A stretch of DNA of 64,000 nucleotides from Bacilli bacterium (lineage in GTDB: Bacteria > Bacillota_I > Bacilli_A > RFN20 > UBA1709). The position numbers were made by a program, and so were the translations under genes. The number at the start of each line of letters is the position of its first letter. The first letter of the stretch is position 1. Location: positions 768,001-832,000 of the forward strand of contig JBMNFL010000001.1 in the NCBI GenBank assembly GCA_050949315.1, given 5' to 3'. This document shows positions 19,933 through 30,651 of this stretch, piece by piece. The notes under the pieces were generated by a model, which searched no databases, was not told the origin of the DNA, and saw nothing but the letters and a program-made list of their open reading frames with translations.

Positions 19933-21036
19933 ATGAAAGTTTTAATTGCCACCGATTCTTTTAAAGGGTCAATGACGGCCTTTGAGGCCTGTCATGCTAT
20001 TCATGAGGGAATTAAAAACAAAGCCATTGAAACAAGGCTTTGTCCTTTGAGCGATGGCGGCGATGGGGTCATAGATGTTTTAGTTTTTAGTAATAATGTT
20101 GAAGAAATAGTGGTCGACACTATTGGTCCCTTAGGTCAGCCGATTAAAGCTGGTTATGTTATTGATTGGCCCAGTGCTACCGCGATTGTTGAGGTGGCCG
20201 AAGCGGCGGGCATCGTTTTATTAAAATACGAAGAATTAAATCCAATGATAACCACGACCTATGGTGTAGGAGCCTTGATTTTGGACGCTATTGATAAAGG
20301 ATGTCGCAAGATTATTATTTGTGTAGGAGGAACAGGAACTAATGATGGAGGCATGGGCTTACTTTCGGCCTTAGGGGTTAAATTTTTAGATAAGCGCAAA
20401 AAAGAATTGCCCGGTTGTGGGGCTTCTTTAACAAAGCTGAGAACGATTGATGTTGAATCTTTAAATCCTAAATTGGTTGGGGTTGAATTCGTTATTGCTA
20501 GCGACGTACAAACACCAGTTTGTGGGCCAAGAGGGGCGGCGATTGTCTACTCTCCACAAAAAGGAGCAACACCTTCAATGGTAAAGACTTTAGACAAGGG
20601 GCTAGCTAATTATGCGAATATTTTAAGTAAAATGTATAATATTGAAGCCAAAGAATTAGTTGGCGGCGGTTGTGGGGGCGGATTAGGGCTTGGGTTACAA
20701 GTTATTTTAAAGGCCGAACATAAACAGGGCTTTGACGTGGTGGACTCTTACGTTGGTCTAGAAGAAAAGATTAAATGGGCCGATTTAGTCATCACCGGTG
20801 AAGGAAAAATAGATGAGCAAACCTTAGATGGGAAAGTACCTTATCGGGTGGCCAAACTCGCCAAGAAGTATAACAAACGGGTTATCGGTCTTTGCGGGAA
20901 AAACGAACTCAACAAAAAAATTGAAGAGTTCGATGAAATTTATTCTATTTCGGAGATAAGCAAAGAAGTCGGTCAAGCAGCCTTGCAACACGGCTATCGA
21001 CATCTTAAAAGACTAGCCAGTCGCCTCAGTTTCTAA
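19933..21036 (+). CDS. glxK: Glycerate kinase
   Basis: DSFKGS, PLSDGG, TNDGGMG, PQKGA, ITGEG.ID.QT..GKVP. Confidence 0.93.
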   Translation: MKVLIATDSFKGSMTAFEACHAIHEGIKNKAIETRLCPLSDGGDGVIDVLVFSNNVEEIVVDTIGPLGQPIKAGYVIDWPSATAIVEVAEAAGIVLLKYEELNPMITTTYGVGALILDAIDKGCRKIIICVGGTGTNDGGMGLLSALGVKFLDKRKKELPGCGASLTKLRTIDVESLNPKLVGVEFVIASDVQTPVCGPRGAAIVYSPQKGATPSMVKTLDKGLANYANILSKMYNIEAKELVGGGCGGGLGLGLQVILKAEHKQGFDVVDSYVGLEEKIKWADLVITGEGKIDEQTLDGKVPYRVAKLAKKYNKRVIGLCGKNELNKKIEEFDEIYSISEISKEVGQAALQHGYRHLKRLASRLSF

Positions 21037-22389
21037 GGCGGCTTTTTTCTTAAAGCGCTTAAGAGTGATGTGTCGTTGATATGGGTAGGCGACAATGGCA
21101 ACTAAAGATTCAGCGATTAAATAACAGAAAAAGACACCATCAAAGCCGTAGAAGTGGGCTAAAATGAAAGCAAATGGAACATTTAAAAGCATTTGTCGCG
21201 ACAAGGTAATAAGCAAAGAAGAAAAGGCGTTACCAAGTGATTGTAAGGTGACTGAAGAAATAATACAAAAGGCCGAAGAGACAAAAGAGAGGGCTAAAAC
21301 CCTTAAGGCATAGGTACCTATATTTGCAATGTCACCATGTAAGTTAAATAAACTCAACAAAGGCTTGGTAAATCCAAAGAAAAGCAAACTTCCAACACTT
21401 AAGATACAAACAGCTCCTAAAAGCGCTAAATTACGTGCTCTTAAAAAGCGGGCTTTGGCGTTGGCACCATAGTTATAACTTAAAATAGGCATTAAACCTT
21501 GAGTCATACCAAAGACCGGCATAAAGACAAAGGAACGGATCTTAAAATAAATACCATGGATGGTAATGGCATAAGGGAACGGCTTTAAAACAAAATTAAT
21601 TGTTGAGGTAGCAAAAGAGTTGATGGAACTCATAACAAAAGAAGGAAAGCCAATTTTAAAAATTTCTTTAATATATTGCCATTGTGGTTGAAGAAAACGA
21701 AAAGCAAGAGAAACATCCCTTTTTTTAGAAAAGAAGACGATGATAACAAAAGTCATTGAGGAAACTTGAGCGATGATGGTGGCGATTGCCGCTCCCGATA
21801 TGCCCATTTCAGGAACAAACCAAAAGCCAAAAATAAAAATAGGGTCTAAAACAATATTAATAATGGCGCCCATTATTTGAGAAATCATCGGTATATGCAT
21901 ATTTCCCATAGCCTGTAAAATTCGGCAGAGACAAACATCAACAAAAACACCAAAACTAAAACAAAGAATAATAGTTAGGTAGTCTACACCGGCGTTGATT
22001 ACCTCAATATCATTAGTAAACCAGCCTAAAAAAGTACGCGGGAAAACAAGGCCTAAAACCAACACAAAAAGGAAGCCACAAATTGTTAAGAACAAGCCGT
22101 TTCCTGCTAAAAAATTTGCCTCTTCCCGATTGCGCTCGCCAAGCTTACGGGCCACCATAGCATTAGTCCCGACACCAATAGCAATGGACATAGCGATAAC
22201 GATTGTTTGCAAAGGGAAAACAATTGATAGAGCATTTAAACCGGCTAGACTATAATGAGAAATATAAATAGAGTCAACGATGTTGTAAAGAGCTTTAACA
22301 AGCATGGATAGCATTGCCGGTAAAGACATGGTTAAAATAAGTTTACCAATAGGCATATCACGCATTTTATCAGAGGACAAACTTGACAC
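21013..22389 (-). CDS. MATE family efflux transporter
   Basis: LYNIVDSIYI, INIVLDPIFIFG...MGISGAAIAT, SYNYGA; GTG start. Confidence 0.92.
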   Translation of the reverse strand: MSSLSSDKMRDMPIGKLILTMSLPAMLSMLVKALYNIVDSIYISHYSLAGLNALSIVFPLQTIVIAMSIAIGVGTNAMVARKLGERNREEANFLAGNGLFLTICGFLFVLVLGLVFPRTFLGWFTNDIEVINAGVDYLTIILCFSFGVFVDVCLCRILQAMGNMHIPMISQIMGAIINIVLDPIFIFGFWFVPEMGISGAAIATIIAQVSSMTFVIIVFFSKKRDVSLAFRFLQPQWQYIKEIFKIGFPSFVMSSINSFATSTINFVLKPFPYAITIHGIYFKIRSFVFMPVFGMTQGLMPILSYNYGANAKARFLRARNLALLGAVCILSVGSLLFFGFTKPLLSLFNLHGDIANIGTYALRVLALSFVSSAFCIISSVTLQSLGNAFSSLLITLSRQMLLNVPFAFILAHFYGFDGVFFCYLIAESLVAIVAYPYQRHITLKRFKKKAALETEATG

Positions 22390-22490
22390 TGTTACCGCTC
22401 CTTTCGTTTCCCAAAATTATAACCGATTCAATATAAAATCTCCACAAGAGATTTTTGATGTGTTAGAATAAAAAACGAAAAGGGGATTAT

Positions 22491-23645
22491 ATGCGAATTA
22501 GACACGTTTCCTTGTTGCTCTTAGTTGGTCTTTTAGTTGCTTGTCAAACACCAACTAAATGTGAAGACTATGTTCCAGGAGTAAGGACTAAAAAAGGCGA
22601 GGTTGTGCAGACATTAAACACAACGGTTTTTTTAAGGACCTATGAAGCGGAATATTTTAAAACTTTTTTCCCAGAATTTAAAAACATTGTTCAACAGATC
22701 CATCGTGAGACCGATCGTTATAATGACTATAATGAAATGGCCTTTACCTATGAACTCAATCAAAATTATGGGAGTGAGAATCTGCTAACAATCAATGAAG
22801 AAATGTTCGACATTTTAGGTACATCTTTAAAAATGTGTGAACTCAGTGAAGGCTATTTTAATCCAGCAATAGGCGGGTTGGTTGATCTATGGTCCCCACT
22901 TTTTAATCAAAAGACAAATATAGATCCAAGCAGTGCGGTTCTTACGGCAACTTTGGCACAAATTCCAAGTTATCAAGAACTTAATGAAAATCTTGAACGA
23001 ATTGTACCAACCATACACGATGACAAACCTAATCAATACGGGGTAATTTTTGGTAAAATTCCTGGGAAGGAAAATGTTCTGCTAGATTTTGGTGGAATTG
23101 CTAAGGGTTATGCGCTAGAAAAGGTTTTCGAAGCCGCGGAAAACGAAGATAAACCTTTCATGACTTATGCGGGAGGGAGCAGCATTATTATGAAGGGTGA
23201 AAAGCCCTATGCTAATGGTAATTGGATTATCGAAATTGAAGACCCTAAAAACCCCAATGATTATTTAGCTAAGCTCTATCTAAAAGGAACACACGCTATC
23301 TCAACATCAGGGGATTATCAAAAATATTTTTTCAATGAGAACAATACAAGACGACATCATATATTAAATCCATTAACTGGTTATCCAGAGAACTATTATC
23401 GTAGTATCACCCTATATTCAAATAAAAGGGCGGATGTTTTAGATGCTTTATCTACAGCTTTATTTAATTGTCCAGACGATGAAGAATTATTGCGAATTAC
23501 GGCGAAGGTTGAAGAATATTTTTCAATGGATATTGAGATAATTTATAGCAAAGAAGAAGACGGCGTATTGTATCTTGGCGCCACTAAAAAGGCTTCTGAA
23601 CAAATGCAAGAATGCGCGCTTGAGGTTCGAATAATCGATGATTAG
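22491..23645 (+). CDS. apbE: FAD:protein FMN transferase lipoprotein (ApbE/FmnB)
   Basis: Lipobox LVAC, LDFGGIAKGY, STSGDYQKY, HHILNPLTGYP, DALSTALF. Confidence 0.93.
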   Translation: MRIRHVSLLLLVGLLVACQTPTKCEDYVPGVRTKKGEVVQTLNTTVFLRTYEAEYFKTFFPEFKNIVQQIHRETDRYNDYNEMAFTYELNQNYGSENLLTINEEMFDILGTSLKMCELSEGYFNPAIGGLVDLWSPLFNQKTNIDPSSAVLTATLAQIPSYQELNENLERIVPTIHDDKPNQYGVIFGKIPGKENVLLDFGGIAKGYALEKVFEAAENEDKPFMTYAGGSSIIMKGEKPYANGNWIIEIEDPKNPNDYLAKLYLKGTHAISTSGDYQKYFFNENNTRRHHILNPLTGYPENYYRSITLYSNKRADVLDALSTALFNCPDDEELLRITAKVEEYFSMDIEIIYSKEEDGVLYLGATKKASEQMQECALEVRIIDD

Positions 23646-24045
23646 TTTAACAAGAAAAAAAGGCGACCTTCTAGCTGTTGCCCTAGCCATTATCCTTGTT
23701 TTAGCAATGTTAATTGCTCTTTTTGCTTATGCCGGCTCAGGTGACAATGTGGTTACCATTAAATATGATGGTCTAGTAGTGCATAAAATGAATTTAGCCC
23801 GTGACGAAGTCTACACGATGAAAAAAGAAGACTATCCTTTGTTACAGGGAGATTTAACGGTTGTTATTGAAAATGGCAAAGTTCGGGTTGATGAACAGAC
23901 ATCACGTTATAACTACTGTGAATTAATAGGAGAGACATCTAATAAAGGCACGGCTATTGTCTGTGCTCCCAATCATGTGATTATCAGCATTGAGGGTTTT
24001 GATGAAAATGCCACCGATTGGCCACCAAGGGGGCAAAAAAAATGA
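23638..24045 (+). CDS. NusG domain II-containing membrane-anchored protein (EetA-like)
   Basis: KKGD plus TM helix, IENGKVRV, C...G, IVCAPNHVII. Confidence 0.85.
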   Translation: MISLTRKKGDLLAVALAIILVLAMLIALFAYAGSGDNVVTIKYDGLVVHKMNLARDEVYTMKKEDYPLLQGDLTVVIENGKVRVDEQTSRYNYCELIGETSNKGTAIVCAPNHVIISIEGFDENATDWPPRGQKK

Positions 24046-24548
24046 AAACTAGAGTACTGGTACATTTAGCCCTGTTTTTGGCACTAGCGGTAGTGGTTAA
24101 TTATTTAGAATCTTTTATCCCCTTGCCCTTTGTTGGTGTCAAGCTTGGTTTAGCTAATGCTCTTGGCATTTTAGTTCTTTATTACTATGGTGCTAAATAT
24201 TATGCGGGTTTTGGTGTTTTAAGAGTGCTTTTATCAGCCGTGCTCTGGACAGGTTTTGGTTCAGCTTTTTTAATAAGTTTGGCCGGAATGATTCTTAGTA
24301 GCTGTTTTAGTTTAATAGTTAAAAGCAGTAAATGTTGTTCTATTTATGGTATTTCTATTATTGGAGCCATCTTCCATGGTATAGGTCAAGTTATCATGGT
24401 GGCGATTCTTTATTCAACTATCTATTTATTTAGCTATGTTTTAGTTTTAACAATTTCGGGTTTAGTGACGGGCTTTATAATCGCCGGTCTTTGTGTTTTG
24501 TTAATAAAAAGATTGCCGATCAAGACAATCTCCTATAAAGAAAATTAA
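24042..24548 (+). CDS. Gx transporter family protein (EetB-like S component)
   Basis: LESFIP.PFVGVKLGLAN, RVLL, SLAG, GAIFHGIGQ. Confidence 0.88.
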   Translation: MKTRVLVHLALFLALAVVVNYLESFIPLPFVGVKLGLANALGILVLYYYGAKYYAGFGVLRVLLSAVLWTGFGSAFLISLAGMILSSCFSLIVKSSKCCSIYGISIIGAIFHGIGQVIMVAILYSTIYLFSYVLVLTISGLVTGFIIAGLCVLLIKRLPIKTISYKEN

Positions 24549-26024
24549 TTATTGCTCTTTACCTAAACATTCATAAGGAAGGCCACTTATATCTTCCATT
24601 ACCTTTTGGGCTTTTAGATCAGCGTTTCTTTCGTTGATCTCTTTTTTCATTAAGGGATAACTTTGATTAGTTAAGGGAAGTTTTAGAGAAACTAATAAGG
24701 CGGCGATTAAAAGGATAAAGGGAGCGAAACTTGAAAAGGCTTTAATCCCGGTTTTAACAGAATCAGTAAGAGAATTATAGACACAGGCGTGATCACATTC
24801 GCTTGATGATAATTGACCAACATTATAATCGAGCATTTCTAAGTAAAGCCCAACAATCTGCATGGCAACAGCTTGAGATAACTGGCGGATGAAGGTCATA
24901 AAGCCGGAATAAATACCGTCTTTTTTCTTCCCAGAAATCAATTCTTCAACATCCATAACTTCAGGAAGAATTGCCCAAGGTAGATAGGCCACACCGCCTG
25001 CCCCGAAAGCCATGATTAAAGCGGTCGCATAGATAACAATAGAACTTGCTGAGGGTGAGGCTAAAAAGAACATTAAAAGCGCGCCTCCAGCCCAAATGCC
25101 ACAGCCTAGGGAAAAGGCTTGTTTTTTACCAGTTCGATTTGCTAAGAAAACATAAAAAGGGATGGAAAGGATTTGACAGACCATAAAAATTCCTAGCAGG
25201 ATAACATATTGACCAGGCATATTTAAATACCATTTAGCATAGTAGATAAAAATAGCCATAAAAATATCCATGGCGGTGTAGGCTAAAAGGTATAAAGAGA
25301 TCATGATTCTAAAAGATCTATTACGCAAAACCGTTTTGGCATCTTTGATAAAGTTTGCGATGATGTTCTGTTTAACCGCTTTTTCTTCCTGATCATTTGG
25401 TAAATCAATACCTTTAGTAGCAATTAAAACAAAAATCCAAGGGAGCATATAAAATACACCAAAACAAAGACCCATAACTAAATAACCAGTACCCGACTTA
25501 TTAAATAAACCAATAAGAATTGTTGGGACGGTTCCGGCGATTAAAGTAGAGACGTTGGAAAAAATCGCTCGGATTCCGACAATTTTGTTGCGTCTTTTAT
25601 GGTCATCGGTCAGTTCTGGCAACATCGCGTGATAGGGAACCATTGTTAGTGAAAAAGAAGTGGCGAAAGCCATATAAGCCAAAGTATAGTAAATAATTCT
25701 AAACCAAAGAGGTAAACTTGCTAAAGGCAACCAAAGTAAAGTAAAAGCGGCTGTTATATGGAATAAAGCCGCCACGAAAAAGATTCGTCTTTTACCATGT
25801 TTTGAGCGTATTCTCTCACTTAATGATCCAATAAAGGGATCAATAACAGCATCCCAAATTTTACCGATAAGCAGCATGCTTCCGACAATACCAGCACTAA
25901 TAGCGATGTTGTCGGTTAAAAAGTTCATGAACAAAAGACCGACCAAAGTAAAAGCGCCACCGCCGAAAATGTCACCAGCACAATAACCAAATATTCGTTT
26001 TTTTGTTAAAAAAGTCTTTTCCAT
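24549..26024 (-). CDS. GPH family (MelB-like) MFS sugar:cation symporter
   Basis: GYCAGD, IWDAVIDPFIG..SE, VPY.AM.PELT, PEVMDV.E..SGK..DGIYSG. Confidence 0.9.
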   Translation of the reverse strand: MEKTFLTKKRIFGYCAGDIFGGGAFTLVGLLFMNFLTDNIAISAGIVGSMLLIGKIWDAVIDPFIGSLSERIRSKHGKRRIFFVAALFHITAAFTLLWLPLASLPLWFRIIYYTLAYMAFATSFSLTMVPYHAMLPELTDDHKRRNKIVGIRAIFSNVSTLIAGTVPTILIGLFNKSGTGYLVMGLCFGVFYMLPWIFVLIATKGIDLPNDQEEKAVKQNIIANFIKDAKTVLRNRSFRIMISLYLLAYTAMDIFMAIFIYYAKWYLNMPGQYVILLGIFMVCQILSIPFYVFLANRTGKKQAFSLGCGIWAGGALLMFFLASPSASSIVIYATALIMAFGAGGVAYLPWAILPEVMDVEELISGKKKDGIYSGFMTFIRQLSQAVAMQIVGLYLEMLDYNVGQLSSSECDHACVYNSLTDSVKTGIKAFSSFAPFILLIAALLVSLKLPLTNQSYPLMKKEINERNADLKAQKVMEDISGLPYECLGKEQ

Positions 26025-26152
26025 TTCATTTCCTATCGTCTTTTAAAATATTTAGTCTTTACAATTAAAATTATAGACAAGCTTTTATTGTTTCTCAAAC
26101 AATTTGTGCTAAAATGGGAATAAGTGTTTTTATAAAAGGGGTGAAAATAGTC

Positions 26153-26740
26153 ATGAGTGAAACAATTAAGGAATATTTAGCAAAACTTTCAAGCGCGGAA
26201 CCAACACCAGGTGGAGGCTCAGCTGCTGCCTATTTATCGGGGATAGGTATTGCTTTAGCTTTAATGAGTGGCAACGTCTCCATTAAGCGCAAAAGTTTCC
26301 AGCAAAGAAGTGAAGAAGAAAAAGCTAAGGTTCATTCTATTATGGGGTGGCTAAGTAAATTACAAACAGAGGCTCTTCGCTATGAAAAACAAGATCAAGA
26401 GGCTTTTGAACACTATATGAGTGTTTATAAAAGCGAAGATCAAAAGTTAAAAGAAGAAGCCGCTTTTATTTGTTACAATGTGCCTTATTTATTATTAGAG
26501 TTGAACATCAGGGCTATTAATTTAATTATCGCCCTTAAACCTTATGTTGTTAAAACGGTTATCAGCGATTATAAAATGGCCTTAGAAATTTTAAAGGCCA
26601 ATTTACGTTGTTGCCTAATAAATATGGATATTAATATTGATAATATCAACGATCCAGAAATAAAGAAAGATTGTGAAGACGCACATAAACTAGTCATTAA
26701 AATGACAAGACGCGCCACAAGAGCAATGGAGGGGATTTAA
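26153..26740 (+). CDS. fchA: Methenyl-THF cyclohydrolase (cyclodeaminase/cyclohydrolase family)
   Basis: LSSAEPTPGGGSAAA, D..AF..YM, NMDINI; directly upstream of fhs. Confidence 0.87.
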   Translation: MSETIKEYLAKLSSAEPTPGGGSAAAYLSGIGIALALMSGNVSIKRKSFQQRSEEEKAKVHSIMGWLSKLQTEALRYEKQDQEAFEHYMSVYKSEDQKLKEEAAFICYNVPYLLLELNIRAINLIIALKPYVVKTVISDYKMALEILKANLRCCLINMDINIDNINDPEIKKDCEDAHKLVIKMTRRATRAMEGI

Positions 26741-28405
26741 ATGAAAACAGATATTGAGATTGCCCAAGAACACAAAAAACTTGAAATTACAGAAGTCGCA
26801 AAAAGTGTAGGAATTCCAGATAGATTTTTGGAACAACATGGCCACTATAAAGCTAAAATTGATTTAGCTTTTATGGAAGAGTTAAATAAGAAGGAAGATG
26901 GCGATTTGGTTCTAGTAACCGCCATTACCCCAACGAAAGCAGGAGAAGGCAAAACCACCACTACTATTGGTTTAGGTGATGCCTTAAAAATACTTGGGGC
27001 AGAGCCGATGATTTGTTTACGTGAACCATCCATGGGGCCGGTTTTTGGTATTAAGGGTGGAGCGGCCGGCGGTGGTTATGCTCAGGTTTTACCAATGGAT
27101 GACATCAATTTACATTTCACGGGTGATATGCATGCCATTACCAGTGCCAACAATTTAATTTCAGCCTGTATTGATAATCATATTCATCAGGGGAATGAAT
27201 TAAAGATAGATCCTGAAAAAATTGTTTGGAAACGCTGTTTAGATATGAATGATCGCGCTTTAAGAGAGGTTCAGGTTGGTCTAGGAAAAAATAATGGTGT
27301 CCCTCGTCCCGATGGCTTTGTTATTACGGTAGCTACGGAGATTATGGCTATTATGTGTTTAGCTAAAGACCTTGAAGATTTTAAAGTAAAAGTAGGAAAT
27401 TGTATTGTCGCTTATACCTATGATGATAAACCAATAACTGTTCGCGATTTGGGCATTGTTGGTTCAGTAGCAATTTTAATGAAAGACGCTCTTAAACCAA
27501 ATCTAGTTCAAACACTTGGTGGAACGCCTGTTTTAGTTCACGGCGGTCCTTTTGCCAATATTGCCCATGGTTGCAACTCGATAATTGCCACCAAGATGGG
27601 ACTTAAATTAGGCAAAATTGTTGTTACTGAAGCCGGTTTTGGTGCCGACTTAGGGGCGGAAAAGTTTTTAGATATTAAGTGTCGTTTAGGTGAATTAAAA
27701 CCCAAATGCATCGTGGTAGTTGCCACCATCAGAGCCTTAAAGATGCATGGAGGCATGAATAAGAATCAATTAGATCAAGAAAATGTTGAAGCCTTATTAG
27801 CGGGTTATCCAAATCTTGAGAAGCATATTGAAAACGTTCAACAATATGGAGTTCCTTATGTTGTAGCCATTAATAAATTCCCAAGCGATACCAAAGCTGA
27901 AGTTAAGGCGCTCTTTGATCGTTGTGCAGCAGATGGCCATTTGGTTTATGAATCGGATGTGTATACACGTGGTGGCGATGGGGCGCTTGAGCTAGCAAAA
28001 GCTGTACAAAAACTCGTCAAGCAAAAGTCTGAATTAAAATATTGTTATGATTTAAAAGAACCAATTAAAACCAAGATTGAAAAGATCTGTACCAAAATTT
28101 ATGGTGCTAAAGATGTGGTTTATTTTAAAGAGGCTGAAGAAATGCTTACTAAGATTGAAAAACTCGGTTATGTCCAAGGTTTTGTCTGTATGGCTAAGAC
28201 GCCAAATTCATTATCAGATGATGCTAAGGTTGTTGGTCGTCCCCGTGACTTTACAATTACTGTACGCGAAGTTCGTTTATCAGCAGGCGCCAACTTTATT
28301 GTTGCCTTAACGGGAGCGATAATGACCATGCCTGGCCTACCAAAAGTTCCGGCAGCCAATAAAATAAATATAAGTAAAGATGGAAAAGTAGAGGGGTTGT
28401 TTTAA
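26741..28405 (+). CDS. fhs: Formate--tetrahydrofolate ligase
   Basis: [46 protein letters not shown]. Confidence 0.97.
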   Translation: MKTDIEIAQEHKKLEITEVAKSVGIPDRFLEQHGHYKAKIDLAFMEELNKKEDGDLVLVTAITPTKAGEGKTTTTIGLGDALKILGAEPMICLREPSMGPVFGIKGGAAGGGYAQVLPMDDINLHFTGDMHAITSANNLISACIDNHIHQGNELKIDPEKIVWKRCLDMNDRALREVQVGLGKNNGVPRPDGFVITVATEIMAIMCLAKDLEDFKVKVGNCIVAYTYDDKPITVRDLGIVGSVAILMKDALKPNLVQTLGGTPVLVHGGPFANIAHGCNSIIATKMGLKLGKIVVTEAGFGADLGAEKFLDIKCRLGELKPKCIVVVATIRALKMHGGMNKNQLDQENVEALLAGYPNLEKHIENVQQYGVPYVVAINKFPSDTKAEVKALFDRCAADGHLVYESDVYTRGGDGALELAKAVQKLVKQKSELKYCYDLKEPIKTKIEKICTKIYGAKDVVYFKEAEEMLTKIEKLGYVQGFVCMAKTPNSLSDDAKVVGRPRDFTITVREVRLSAGANFIVALTGAIMTMPGLPKVPAANKINISKDGKVEGLF

Positions 28406-29235
28406 TGATTTTAGATGGTAAAGTAGCGGCTCAAAGCTATAAAGAAGAACTAAAAAAAGAAATTGCTAAATTAAAGGAAAAAAACGTGTTTCCTAAAATG
28501 GCAATCATCCAGATTTTAGGTGATGAAGCAAGTGAGGCCTATTTACGCAGCCGTCAAAAATTAGCGGATGAACTAGGCGTAGAAATAGAGCGCGTTAAAC
28601 TAGCAGAAGATGTTTCTCAAGAGGCTTTGATTGCTAAAATAGAAGAACTAAACAAGGATGATAAAATTCAAGGAATTATGTTAGATCGTCCCTTGCCTAA
28701 ACATTTAGTTGAAAACGAGGTTTTTATTAGTTTGGCAATTGAAAAAGATATAGATGGTTGTAGTCCTATGTCTGCTCTAAAGTTAAATGCTGGAGAAAAG
28801 GTTTTAGTTTCTTCAACGGCCCAAGCGGTTGTGGATTTATTAGATTATTATGATATCAAAATTCCGGAACGGAAAATTACCGTTATTGGACGTAGTAAAA
28901 GTGTTGGGGCGCCTTTAGCCTGTCTGTTGCGCCAAAGGAAGGCGCTAGTTACTGTTTGTCATACGCAAACCGAAGACTTAAAAGGTGATTGTCGTTCAGG
29001 GGAGATTTTAATTGTCGCGATGGGGAAAATGGAATATATCAATACCGAATATGTAACACCTTCCATGACTGTTGTTGATGTTGGTATGCATCGTAATGCT
29101 GAAGGCAAGTTACGTGGCGATGTTTCGCGTGATGTTTGGGCAGTTGTTGAGAATTATTCACCAGTACCAGGAGGCGTTGGTCCTCTCACAACAGTTGCCT
29201 TATTTAGGAATTTAATAAAAGCGATAAGAGGGTAA
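28405..29235 (+). CDS. folD: Methylene-THF dehydrogenase (FolD family)
   Basis: ILDGK, KDIDG, GRSKSVGAP, DVG, SPVPGGVGPLT. Confidence 0.93.
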   Translation: MILDGKVAAQSYKEELKKEIAKLKEKNVFPKMAIIQILGDEASEAYLRSRQKLADELGVEIERVKLAEDVSQEALIAKIEELNKDDKIQGIMLDRPLPKHLVENEVFISLAIEKDIDGCSPMSALKLNAGEKVLVSSTAQAVVDLLDYYDIKIPERKITVIGRSKSVGAPLACLLRQRKALVTVCHTQTEDLKGDCRSGEILIVAMGKMEYINTEYVTPSMTVVDVGMHRNAEGKLRGDVSRDVWAVVENYSPVPGGVGPLTTVALFRNLIKAIRG

Positions 29236-29236
29236 T

Positions 29237-29428
29237 ATGGAAAAAGTTCTTTATGATGTCGAAGATATTGTAGAATTAAAAAAAGCGCACCCCTGTACTA
29301 GTCGTAGTAAGCAGTGGCGCGTTTTAAAGGTTGGAGTTGACATCAAAATCAAGTGTTTAGGTTGTGGGGCTATTGTGGTTCTCCCACGTTTTGAGTTTGA
29401 AAAGAAGATAGTCAAAACTATTAAGTAA
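29237..29428 (+). CDS. DUF951 family small protein
   Basis: DIVELKKAHPC..W.VLKVGVDIKIKC.GCG. Confidence 0.88.
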   Translation: MEKVLYDVEDIVELKKAHPCTSRSKQWRVLKVGVDIKIKCLGCGAIVVLPRFEFEKKIVKTIK

Positions 29429-29477
29429 GAAAACGAAATAATCTAATCATTCTGACCTTAATTATTGTTATTAAATC

Positions 29478-30578
29478 TTAAATTCCAAAAAGATCTCCTA
29501 CGTTTTCAACAGTGGCGGATATATAGAAATATCTAGTTAAGCTATACTCGGCAGAAGTAAATTCAAGAACTCTTCTGTGATTATATTCTTCAATTGCAGT
29601 ATCCATAGACATGGGGAGCGAACTGGAAGCCAAAAATTTCACACTATTATCACCACAATTTGTGCAAGCAGTGTATGTAGGTTTTGTTATTCTAAAGTCG
29701 TTATTTTGATAATTTTGAGTTTTTACTTTATTAACGGTTGTATCGGTTAATAAATTCTTTTTGTTATATAAATATTTGGTATAAAGATATTCGTTGTAAT
29801 ATTCTTTAATCTCATATTCAAAACCTTTATCATAGTCAATTCTACACAAGCCGCCGTCAATCCAACCAAGTGTCATGACGTTTTTTGATCGCCAGTTTTC
29901 AGGAGGCATATTTATCCAGTGTGCTGTCTTAACTAATTTTACCCATTTACTCTGAATTTCTTCTTCTGGTTCTTCGTAGGACCATTCAGTTGTAACTCTT
30001 ACGTAACAGAGTTCTCTAGGAGAATTAATAAGTCTTTGACCATCAATAGTAAAATAACGGTAACTATTACCATTAGAGTTATGGGCGGCGATTACATAAT
30101 CTCCTGGCTCATTAAAGATTTTCTCACCAGTGAATTTCTCAAAATTGTTATTGTTTTTAGAATAAGCAATAAAATCGTTTTCGTCTTCTAATAAATCATG
30201 GGTTACTTTTACGTTTCCTCTAGCGCATCCATTGTTAACAACACCGTCTAAATTAATTAAAGGTAGATTATCTGCGTTTTTATAGGGTTCTTTTTGGGAA
30301 TAATCAAAAATTTTATTGGCACTTTTAATTTTGGCTTTAACAAGGTTTTTATATCGGTCTTGGCGAGCACCGGCTTTTAATTCAAAATTAAAGTCATCAA
30401 GTTTGGTTATTTCGTAGGATTGATTAGTAAAATTAATTTCATAACCAGAATTTTTCATTTCAGAATCAATTAGTAGTGGTTGTGGAAGTTTTGATTTTCC
30501 AAAATTCTCGGATGGAATAAAGGATCCAGCGAGCAATCCTGATAAAACGACAGCCAAAACAACAACACCTTTTTTCAT
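29478..30578 (-). CDS. Exported hypothetical protein, paralog of 50162-51205
   Basis: N-terminal signal peptide; collinear blocks shared with the 50-kb ORF. Confidence 0.8.
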   Translation of the reverse strand: MKKGVVVLAVVLSGLLAGSFIPSENFGKSKLPQPLLIDSEMKNSGYEINFTNQSYEITKLDDFNFELKAGARQDRYKNLVKAKIKSANKIFDYSQKEPYKNADNLPLINLDGVVNNGCARGNVKVTHDLLEDENDFIAYSKNNNNFEKFTGEKIFNEPGDYVIAAHNSNGNSYRYFTIDGQRLINSPRELCYVRVTTEWSYEEPEEEIQSKWVKLVKTAHWINMPPENWRSKNVMTLGWIDGGLCRIDYDKGFEYEIKEYYNEYLYTKYLYNKKNLLTDTTVNKVKTQNYQNNDFRITKPTYTACTNCGDNSVKFLASSSLPMSMDTAIEEYNHRRVLEFTSAEYSLTRYFYISATVENVGDLFGI

Positions 30579-30623
30579 ATCACCCCTTCTTTCCTTTTTT
30601 GGTTAGAAGAACCTGTGCCCCCA

Positions 30624-30651
30624 TTCTAGCACCATCTACTAGGGAATGCAA
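30624..30651 (-). promoter_or_regulatory. SigA promoter for the exported protein (coordinates approximate)
   Basis: TTGCAT-17 bp-TAGAAT with extended TG. Confidence 0.55.
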
